Shown here one piece after another: positions 25,925-36,500 of a stretch of DNA of 64,000 nt (position 1 is the first letter of the stretch; every line of letters starts with the position of its first letter). Source of the stretch: Eledone cirrhosa (taxonomy: Eukaryota); contig OZ024741.1 of NCBI GenBank assembly GCA_964016885.1, positions 71,610,001 through 71,674,000 of the forward strand, in the 5' to 3' direction. A program made the position numbers and the translations under genes. The notes beneath the pieces are model-generated. The model was not told where the DNA came from and ran no database searches. It was given only the letters and a program-made list of their open reading frames with translations.

Positions 25925-27109
25925 CCGTTCATCACATGCTACTGAGAGTTTAGTCTTATTTACAGGGAACATTGATATTTTAGTAACTCTTTTGGGAAAG
26001 GTACCCAGCAGTAAATTTTTTTTCCTCATTCAACTACTTGCCCAGACTTTCTAAATGTCACAACACCACACCATATAATATCACACCACACATCACTCAA
26101 CACCATACCACATCATACAATTCCACACCATGCCTTACCACACAACACCATATTACACCACATACTGGTTTGTGTCTGTGTTATACAATAGGGAATGGAA
26201 TGTTGGTAACATTTCCAATTCTTCCTTGTTACAGGAAGCATCCTTAATAATCAACTTTTATCTGTTTATCCTATTTAGCAGTCAACAAGCAAGGGATTGG
26301 CTGAATTGTTAGAGTTGTTTGATGAAATACCTTATGATATTTATTTTGGTTCCTTGCATTCTAAGTTCAAATCCTTCTGAGGTCAACTTTGCCATTCATT
26401 ATTCTAGGAGTCAGTAATTAAAGTTTTGGTCTAAAGTGGATTGGTAAATCATTAATGTTGGATGGGATGCCTTGCAGTATTTTTACCTGCATTGAAAAGC
26501 AGTAGGTGCAGTGGGGCTTAGCAATGCCAGTCAGTGCCCCCCCCCCCTCCCACTCTTTAATGACAGGGCCTGCTTTGTATTCTGAGTTCAAATCCCACTA
26601 TGACCTACATGGGTGGTTGACTTAATCTATCTATTGCTTAGTTTAACACTACCATCTGACCCTTCAGTACATTTAATGGAGTCCATTATGTTGCAAGCAA
26701 TCAAACCAAGCGTTTAGTTTAAGGATACTTTCTTTCCTATCTTTCATCAGTCTCAGATACTCTGAAAAAGGTTATGAGCACTACTCTTCTGCTTCACTAG
26801 GTGATAAAAAAAGTACCTGTTATTGTTTAAATCCATCTCTTGATCAGGGAGACTAATAATTCTACCTGTAACTACATTATCTTATGAAAGACCTTGCCTA
26901 TGATTTCCAAATCATTTTGAAAATAATCAAGAATTTGGAGGGATTTAGTAAAACAACTTTCTGATAATTAAGCTGCTATTTAGAACATAAAGATTCTTAC
27001 ATGAAATAATGATGAAAGATTTTTAGATAAATATAAATATTGTAGTTTAGAACTGTGAACTGTTTGAAGCAGTTTGGTATCAAAAAGGTTAAAGATAGCA
27101 GGATATGAT

Positions 27110-27320
27110 TTAACCCTTTAGCATTTAAACTGGCCGTATCCGGCCACAATTCTCTCACCTCTTTCTGTTCAAACCAGCTGCTCATACCTATATTAAGGTA
27201 TTGTTTTCAAAATAAATAACATCAAAATCTCGTAGATTCGATATTATGCGAGATAATTATGTGAAACAAAGTATTTACCATGAAAATATAATAGTAAATA
27301 TAGAGTAATGTAAATGCTGT
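27110..27320 (+). mobile_element. Second copy of the TTAACCCTTTAGCATT MITE (longer internally, right end lost)
   Basis: Colinear with 14-170 (AATTCTCTCACCTCTTTCTGTTCAAAC, CCAGCTGCTCATAC, AATAGTAAATATAGAGTAATGTAAAT). Confidence 0.65.
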
Positions 27321-28092
27321 TTCTAGAAGATTGAGTTATCACTTTTCCCTTGTTGGTTCATACTGAAGCTTGACAGTTTTGAAATCATTTAGTGTTGTGC
27401 AGTGTAGAATTGTAATTCAATTTTATTGAAATGTTTTGTGGTTTTTTTTTATATATATATATTAAAATTTGTCTTTTTACTTATTTATTTAATCTATACT
27501 TTTATCTTTTAATCAATTTTCATTTTGAAATTGAATTTCAATTTCAGATTTTAAAAAAATATTTTGAAAAAAATATATATATTAGGGTATGTCACACTTT
27601 CATTTTATATAGATTTACTATGTAGCAGCAGCAAGCGTTTTTAAAGCCATTTCCCCTGCTATAGTAGGGGTTAACCTTGTGGCACACATAAGTCTTCATT
27701 CTCATCATGAGGTCCTTTTTGAAGTAATGATTTATGGCTAGATGCCAATCCTTTTAGTTGCCTCTTACAACACACAGGGATACAGTGTACCTGTTCAAAA
27801 CTAGATACATACAACATTTGCAATGTACCATAAATTTTGAATTGAAGTTTTCTAAGTTTAGTAGATAAGTTGCATGCTACTTTTCACAACATAGTTTAAT
27901 GGAAAAAAGTGTCATTTACACACTATTATATTACATGTCCTAAATATATATTTAAAACAAAAATATTTTCTCCTTCCTCATCCGGATATATAATGGTAAC
28001 CTTAGTTTATGAACATTATATCATCTTTAACTGTCTATATTTCAATGCCTTTCATAAATAATAAAAAAAAAAACCTTTGAGGTCAACTTCAC

Positions 28093-28420
28093 ATCTCTCT
28101 TTCTCTTTCTCTCTTGTACTAAATCTCTCTCTTTCTCTTGAACTAAATCTTTCTCTTTCTCTTGTACCAAATCTTTCTCTTGTACTAAATCTCTTTTTTT
28201 CTTTGTACTAAATTTCTCTCTTTATCACTCTCTCTCTATTACACTAAATTTCTCTCTCTTGTACTAAATCTCTCTCTCTCTCTTTTGTACTAAATCTCTT
28301 TGTCTCTCTTACACTAAATCTCTCTTGTATTAGATCTCTCTCTTGTACTAAATCTCTCTTTTTCTTTCTCTCCATCTTATACTAAATCTCTCTCTCACTT
28401 GTACTAAATATCTTTCTTTT
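28093..28420. repeat. Irregular minisatellite: CTTGTACTAAATCTC core separated by variable CT tracts (about 12-13 copies)
   Basis: Direct reading. Confidence 0.85.
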
Positions 28421-28744
28421 TCTGTCTTATTAAAAAAAATAATTGACAATATATAGAAAAAACCGTATAAAACAAACTATTAACTGGTTGAAAATGACTT
28501 TTTAGTTGCTTTAAAGGATGAGTTTTTAGCTGTTGTTGGGATTGGTGTGGAGGTATAAGTGATGCTTGTGTGAATTGTAGTAAAGTATTAATGTAGTGGT
28601 GGTGGAGTGACGAAGGAGGGGGTAAAATGAGTAGTGGTAAAAGAGAGACAGGGAGAAAGAAGGGAGTTATGAATCTCATGATCGTCTATCTTCCTTAGAT
28701 AATTCTCCCCTCTCCCTGCTTGTCCTATCTCACTCCTAACTCAG

Positions 28745-28833
28745 TGCATATCTGAAAGAATTGCAGCTCCTTAATGAGAAACAGCTGCACACTGCGTTGC
28801 ATCCACTGTTGATCAGTCTATATGATGGTTTAG
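28745..28833 (+). CDS. Candidate internal exon of an unidentified host gene (AYLKELQLLNEKQLHTALHPLLISLYD[GL])
   Basis: Pyrimidine tract plus CTAACTCAG acceptor, an open non-repeat frame, and GT donors after 28827 or 28833 (both phase 1). No homology recognised. Confidence 0.3.
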
Positions 28834-28994
28834 GTTGGAGAGAAAGATTTGAAGAGGAAAAATTTATTATAATTTGAATCGCAGCAAATTGCTGTGTGTG
28901 CAATTCTGTGATTCTGAGTGTATGTGTATGTATGTATATTGCACACACGGCTAGGATTTGTGTGTTCATGGAAGATTCTCAATTTTTGTGTGAA

Positions 28995-29386
28995 GATGCA
29001 GGCATGGCTATGTGGTTAAGAAATTTGCTTTGCAGGCGAGTGGCTTCAGACTTGATCTCACCTTGGGCCAGTTTCTTCTACTATAGGTTTGAACTGACCA
29101 ATGCCCTATGAGTGAAATTGTAAAATGAAACTGTGCAGATGTTCATTGTGTGTGTGTATATTGTAAAGTGTTTATGTAGGTGTCACAACAAAAAGCACCC
29201 AGTACTCACTGTAAATGAGGTTGGCACGAGGAAGGGCATCCAGCTGTAGAAACCAGGCTGAAACGGGTTTTGTATGAGCATGACAGGATCACCTGACCTA
29301 GCATTGCTTACAACAGGATAACTTGTCTAACCCATGCTAGCGTGGAAAAATGGACGTTAAGTGGTGATGATGATGACGATGATGAT
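28995..29386 (+). mobile_element. Composite SINE: tRNA-like head, central core, RTE-like 3' end with (GAT)n tail
   Basis: Head GGCATGGCTATGTGGTTAAGAA, core GGTTGGC...GGAAGGGCATCCAGCTGTAGAAAC, and tail CCCATGCTAGCGTGGAAAAATGGACGTTAA+(GAT)n, similar to the LINE tail at 7688-7735. Confidence 0.65.
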
Positions 29387-29407
29387 ATATATATGTATAT
29401 ATATATA

Positions 29408-30300
29408 CAGGGTGCAGACGATATCTGTTCGCAAGATTACTGTCCAGGAAAAAATAACACACTAGTTTTATTTTTTAAGATATATTTATCAAACTTGGGT
29501 CAGTTTGTCTTCATGACTTGTTCTTTCGATCTCACTCGATAAACCCGCCATTGGCTTTGATGAAGGCCTCAAGGCGGCCTCGGAACCGGCTACAGGCCTT
29601 CGTCACTGTCCCCCGACTTAGGCCCCTAAAGGCACTTGTGATCCTGGCCTTCAGATCGTCTTTTGTATTGCAGCTAGATCTGTTGGTGTCTCGTTCCACT
29701 GCGCCCCACACAAAGAAGTCGTGAGGGTTGCAGTCAGGCGAGCTGGGAGGCCAGATGCCAGGTGAAGTGTGGTCGACGAAGTTCTCTGACAGCCAGGCTT
29801 GTGTGTTTCGGCTGGTATGGCAGGGTACTGAGTCTTGCTGCCACACGTACGGCCTACCTGCAGCTACCTGGTCGATCCAGGGCTTTACTACCTCGCTTAG
29901 AACGCGGATGTAGCCATCGGTGTTCAGCTTGAGGCCCTCAGGGAAGAAGTGACGTGGCATGACGTCACCTTGACTGCTGACGACACACAACACCAATGTT
30001 GTCGCTGAAAACTTTGTCTGCATGACTCTGGGAACGTCTTTGGATTAGACAGTGAGCCACCTGTTGTTCTGGGTGTTGATCTTCTTGTCTTATTTGTCCT
30101 CCTGGCGCGGACTCCAAGAAGAACTCCGTGTCTCTTCCACAAATTTGGAGGTTCAAAATTATTCATAATCAATTATTCTGAAAATAAATAATGAAAATAT
30201 AGTCACTGTTTTTATGAAGAATAGAGTGAAACGGAAGTAAAAAAAAAAATTGCATAAAATTAGCAGTTGAAAATTGCGAACAAATATCATCCGCACCCTG
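29408..30300 (-). mobile_element. Tc1/mariner superfamily DD37D (maT-type) transposon, internally deleted (893 bp)
   Basis: 27-bp TIRs CAGGGTGCAGACGATATCTGTTCGCAA / CAGGGTGCGGATGATATTTGTTCGCAA (3 mismatches) with TA on both sides. WQQD-x37-D with WPPSSPDCNPHD and an NTQNNRW motif. Confidence 0.93.
29532..30172 (-). pseudogene. Truncated DD37D transposase
   Basis: The short N-terminus (30172-~30100) is joined out of frame to the catalytic region. The first catalytic Asp and most of the DNA-binding region are absent, and there is a stop at about 30045. Confidence 0.85.
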
Positions 30301-30559
30301 TATATATATGGATATGTGACTGATAGATAGTATTAGCAACTGCAAAGGTCAATGGAAACATTGTTTCTTCGGTCTGATTTGATGAAAGGTCGATCGACTG
30401 TTAATATATATGAATTTTCATAAAATTATAGGATTCTCAGTGTGATAGGTATCTGTTTTTGACTACCACCTTAAGAAAAAGGGAACAAATAAACTGGAAA
30501 ATGGAAATTTTAGTCATTTCAGAGTTGTACTTGTTTGGCAATGACTTGATTTGACACTG

Positions 30560-33500
30560 TTGAATCAATTATTATATTGTGGAAGAGTCATTTTAGTTGT
30601 ACTGTGTTGAAACTGAATCAATTATATTGTGGAAGAGTCATTTTAGTCACAGTTGTACTGTGTTGAGACTGAATTAATTATATTGTGGAAGAGTCATTTT
30701 AGTCACAGTTGTACTGTGTTGAGACTGAATTAATTATATTGTGGAAGAGTCATTTTAGTCACAGTTGTACTGTGTTGAGACTGAATCAATTATATTGTGG
30801 AAGAGTCATTTTAGTTACAGTTGTACTGTGTTGAGACTGAATCAATTATATTGTGGAAGAGTCATTTTAGTCACAGTTGTACTGTGTTGGGACTGAATCA
30901 ATTATATTGCGGAAGAGTCATTTTAGTCACAGTTGTACTGTGTTGAGACTGAATTAATTATACTGTGGAAGAGTCATTTTAGTCACAGTTGTACTGTGTT
31001 GAGACTGAATCAATTATATTGTGGAAGAGTCATTTTAGTCACAGTTGTACTGTGTTGAAACTGAATCAATTATATTGTGGAAGAGTCATTTTAGTCACAG
31101 TTGTACTGTGTTGAGACTGAATCAATTATACTGTGGAAGAGTCATTTTAGTCACAGTTGTACTGTGTTGAGACTGAATCAATTATATTGTGGAAGAGTCA
31201 TTTTAGTCACAGTTGTACTGTGTTGAGACTGAATCAATTATATTGTGGAAGAGTCATTTTAGTTGTACTGTGTTGAAACTGAATCAATTATATTGTGGAA
31301 GAGTCATTTTAGTCACAGTTGTACTGTGTTGAGACTGAATCAATTATATTGTGGAAGAGTCATTTTAGTTGTACTGTGTTGAAACTGAATCAATTATATT
31401 GTGGAAGAGTCATTTTAGTCACAGTTGTACTGTGTTGAGACTGAATTAATTATATTGTGGAAGAGTCATTTTAGTCACAGTTGTACTGTGTTGAGACTGA
31501 ATTAATTATATTGTGGAAGAGTCATTTTAGTCAGAGTTGTACTGTGTTGAGACTGAATCAATTATATTGTGGAAGAGTCATTTTAGTCAAAGTTGTACTG
31601 TGTTGAGACTGAATCAATTATATTGTGGAAGAGTCATTTTAGTCAAAGTTGTACTGTGTTGAGACTGAATCAATTATATTGTGGAAGAGTCATTTTAGTC
31701 ACAGTTGTACTGTGTTGAGACTGAATCAATTATATTGTGGAAGAGTCATTTTAGTCACAGTTGTACTGTGTTGAAACTGAATCAATTATATTGTGGAAGA
31801 GTCATTTTAGTCACAGTTGTACTGTGTTGAAACTGAATCAATTATATTGTGGAAGAGTCATTTTAGTCACAGTTGTACTGTGTTGAGACTGAATCAATTA
31901 TACTGTGGAAGAGTCATTTTAGTCACAGTTGTACTGTGTTGAGACTGAATCAATTATATTGTGGAAGAGTCATTTTAGTCACAGTTGTACTGTGTTGAGA
32001 CTGAATCAATTATATTGTGGAAGAGTCATTTTAGTTGTACTGTGTTGAAACTGAATCAATTATATTGTGGAAGAGTCATTTTAGTCACAGTTGTACTGTG
32101 TTGAGACTGAATCAATTATATTGTGGAAGAGTCATTTTAGTTGTACTGTGTTGAAACTGAATCAATTATATTGTGGAAGAGTCATTTTAGTCACAGTTGT
32201 ACTGTGTTGAGACTGAATCAATTATATTGTGGAAGAGTCATTTTAGTCAGAGTTGTACTGTGTTGAGACTGAATCAATTATATTGTGGAAGAGTCATTTT
32301 AGTTGTACTGTGTTGAAACTGAATCAATTATATTGTGGAAGAGTCATTTTAGTCACAGTTGTACTGTGTTGAGACTGAATCAATTATATTGTGGAAGAGT
32401 CATTTTAGTTGTACTGTGTTGAAACTGAATCAATTATATTGTGGAAGAGTCATTTTAGTCACAGTTGTACTGTGTTGAGACTGAATCAATTATATTGTGG
32501 AAGAGTCATTTTAGTCAGAGTTGTACTGTGTTGAGACTGAATCAATTATATTGTGGAAGAGTCATTTTAGTTGTACTGTGTTGAAACTGAATCAATTATA
32601 TTGTGGAAGAGTCATTTTAGTCACAGTTGTACTGTGTTGAGACTGAATCAATTATATTGTGGAAGAGTCATTTTAGTCACAGTTGTACTGTGTTGAGACT
32701 GAATCAATTATATTGTGGAAGAGTCATTTTAGTCACAGATGTACTGTGTTGAGACTGAATCAATTATATTGTGGAAGAGTCATTTTAGTTGTACTGTGTT
32801 GAAACTGAATCAATTATATTGTGGAAGAGTCATTTTAGTCACAGTGGTACTGTGTTGAGACTGAATCAATTATATTGTGGAAGAGTCATTTTAGTCACAG
32901 TTGTACTGTGTTGAGACTGAATCAATTATATTGTGGAAGAGTCATTTTAGTTGTACTGTGTTGAAACTGAATCAATTATATTGTGGAAGAGTCATTTTAG
33001 TCACAGTTGTACTGTGTTGAGACTGAATCAATTATATTGTGGAAGAGTCATTTTAGTCACAGTTGTACTGTGTTGAGACTGAATCAATTATATTGTGGAA
33101 GAGTCATTTTAGTCACAGTTGTACTGTGTTGAGACTGAATCAATTATATTGTGGAAGAGTCATTTTAGACACAGTTGTACTGTGTTGAGACTGAATCAAT
33201 TATATTGTGGAAGAGTCATTTTAGTCACAGTTGTACTGTGTTGAGACTGAATCAATTATATTGTGGAAGAGTCATTTTACTCACAGTTGTACTGTGTTGA
33301 GACTGAATCAATTATATTATGGAAGAGTCATTTTAGTTGTACTGTGTTGAAACTGAATCAATTATATTGTGGAAGAGTCATTTTAGTCACAGTGGTACTG
33401 TGTTGAGACTGAATCAATTATATTGTGGAAGAGTCATTTTAGTCACAGTTGTACTGTGTTGAGACTGAATCAATTATATTGTGGAAGAGTCATTTTAGTT

Positions 33501-36500
33501 GTACTGTGTTGAAACTGAATCAATTATATTGTGGAAGAGTCATTTTAGTCACAGTTGTACTGTGTTGAGACTGAATCAATTATATTGTGGAAGAGTCATT
33601 TTAGTCACAGTTGTACTGTGTTGAGACTGAATCAATTATATTGTGGAAGAGTCATTTTAGTCACAGTTGTACTGTGTTGAGACTGAATCAATTATATTGT
33701 GGAAGAGTCATTTTAGTCACAGTTGTACTGTGTTGAGACTGAATTAATTATATTGTGGAAGAGTCATTTTAGTCACAGTTGTACTGTGTTGAGACTGAAT
33801 TAATTATATTGTGGAAGAGTCATTTTAGTCACAGTTGTACTGTGTTGAGACTGAATCAATTATATTGTGGAAGAGTCATTTTAGTCACAGTTGTACTGTG
33901 TTGAGACTGAATCAATTATATTGTGGAAGAGTCATTTTAGTCACAGTTGTACTGTGTTGGGACTGAATCAATTATATTGTGGAAGAGTCATTTTAGTCAC
34001 AGTTGTACTGTGTTGAGACTGAATTAATTATACTGTGGAAGAGTCATTTTAGTCACAGTTGTACTGTGTTGAGACTGAATCAATTATATTGTGGAAGAGT
34101 CATTTTAGTCACAGTTGTACTGTGTTGAGACTGAATCAATTATATTGTGGAAGAGTCATTTTAGTCACAGTTGTACTGTGTTGAGACTGAAGCGGTTATA
34201 TTGTGGAAGAGTCATTTTAGTCACAGTTGGACTGTGTTGAGACTGAATCAATTATATTGTGGAAGAGTCATTTTAGTCACAGTTGTACTGTGTTGAGACT
34301 GAATTAATTATATTGTGGAAGAGTCATTTTACTCACAGTTGTACTGTGTTGAGACTGAATCAATTATATTGTGGAAGAGTCATTTTAGTCACAGTTGTAC
34401 TGTGTTGAGACTGAATCAATTATACTGTGGAAGAGTCATTTTAGTCACAGTTGTACTGTGTTGAGACTGAATCAATTATATTGTGGAAGAGTCATTTTAG
34501 TCACAGTTGTACTGTGTTGAGACTGAATCAATTATATTGTGGAAGAGTCATTTTAGTTGTACTGTGTTGAAACTGAATCAATTATATTGTGGAAGAGTCA
34601 TTTTAGTCACAGTTGTACTGTGTTGAGACTGAATCAATTATATTGTGGAAGAGTCATTTTAGTTGTACTGTGTTGAAACTGAATCAATTATATTGTGGAA
34701 GAGTCATTTTAGTCACAGTTGTACTGTGTTGAGACTGAATCAATTATATTGTGGAAGAGTCATTTTAGTCAGAGTTGTACTGTGTTGAGACTGAATCAAT
34801 TATATTGTGGAAGAGTCATTTTAGTTGTACTGTGTTGAAACTGAATCAATTATATTGTGGAAGAGTCATTTTAGCCACAGTTGTACTGTGTTGAGACTGA
34901 ATCAATTATATTGTGGAAGAGTCATTTTAGACACAGTTGTACTGTGTTGAGACTGAATCAATTATATTGTGGAAGAGTCATTTTAGTCACAGTTGTACTG
35001 TGTTGAGACTGAATCAATTATATTGTGGAAGAGTCATTTTAGTCACAGTTGTACTGTGTTGAGACTGAATCAATTATATTGTGGAAGAGTCATTTTAGTC
35101 ACAGTTGTACTGTGTTGAGACTGAATCAATTATATTGTGGAAGAGTCATTTTAGTCACAGTTGTACTGTGTTGAGACTGAATTAATTATATTTTGGAAGA
35201 GTCATTTTAGTCACAGTTGTACTGTGTTGAGACTGAATTAATTATATTGTGGAAGAGTCATTTTAGTCACAGTTGTACTGTGTTGAGACTGAATTAATTA
35301 TATTTTGGAAGAGTCATTTTAGTCACAGTTGTACTGTGTTGAGACTGAATCAATTATATTGTGGAAGAGTCATTTTAGTCACAGTTGTACTTTGTTGAGA
35401 CTGAATTAATTATATTTTGGAAGAGTCATTTTAGTCACAGTTGTACTGTGTTGAGACTGAATCAATTATATTGTGGAAGAGTCATTTTAGTCACAGTTGT
35501 ACTGTGTTGAGACTGAATCAATTATATTGTGGAAGAGTCATTTTAGTCACAGTTGTACTTTGTTGAGACTGAATTAATTATATTTTGGAAGAGTCATTTT
35601 AGTCACAGTTGTACTGTGTTGAAACTGAATCAATTATATTGTGGAAGAGTCATTTTAGTCACAGTTGTACTGTGTTGAGATTGAATCAATTATATTGTGG
35701 AAGAGTCATTTTAGTTGTACTGTGTTGAGACTGAATCAATTATATTGTGGAAGAGTCATTTTAGTCACAGTTGTACTGTGTTGAGACTGAATCAATTATA
35801 TTGTGGAAGAGTCATTTTAGTCACAGTTGTACTGTGTTGAGACTGAATCAATTATATTGTGGAAGAGTCATTTTAGTCACAGTTGTACTGTGTTGAGACT
35901 GAATCAATTATATTGCGGAAGAGTCATTTTAGTCACAGTTGTACTGTGTTGAGACTGAATTAACTATATTGTGGAAGAGTCATTTTAGTCACAGTTGTAC
36001 TGTGTTGAGACTGAATCAATTATATTGTGGAAGAGTCATTTTAGTCACAGTTGTACTGTGTTGAGACTGAATCAATTATATTGTGGAAGAGTCATTTTAG
36101 TCACAGTTGTACTGTGTTGAGACTGAATCAATTATATTGTGGAAGAGTCATTTTAGTCACAGTTGTACTGTGTTGAGACTGAATCAATTATATTGTGGAA
36201 GAGTCATTTTACTCACAGTTGTACTGTGTTGAGACTGAATCAATTATATTGTGGAAGAGTCATTTTAGTCACAGTTGTACTGTGTTGAGACTGAATCAAT
36301 TATATTGTGGAAGAGTCATTTTAGTCACAGTTGTACTGTGTTGAGACTGAATCAATTATACTGTGGAAGGTCATTTTAGTCACAGTTGTACTGTGTTGAG
36401 ACTGAATCAATTATATTGTGGAAGAGTCATTTTAGTCACAGTTGTACTGTGTTGAGACTGAATCAATTATACTGTGGAAGAGTCATTTTAGTCACAGTTG

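Noticed and set aside
30704-30718. RAG/Transib RSS heptamer-like CACAGT...ACTGTG
   Set aside because: Only a 6/7 match, orientation opposite to a signal joint, and no nonamer at 12/23 spacing.
30690-30735. AP-1-like sites (AGAGTCA, TTAGTCA, TGAATCA) in each monomer
   Set aside because: All are imperfect short motifs. More simply, they are internal sub-repeats with no functional evidence.
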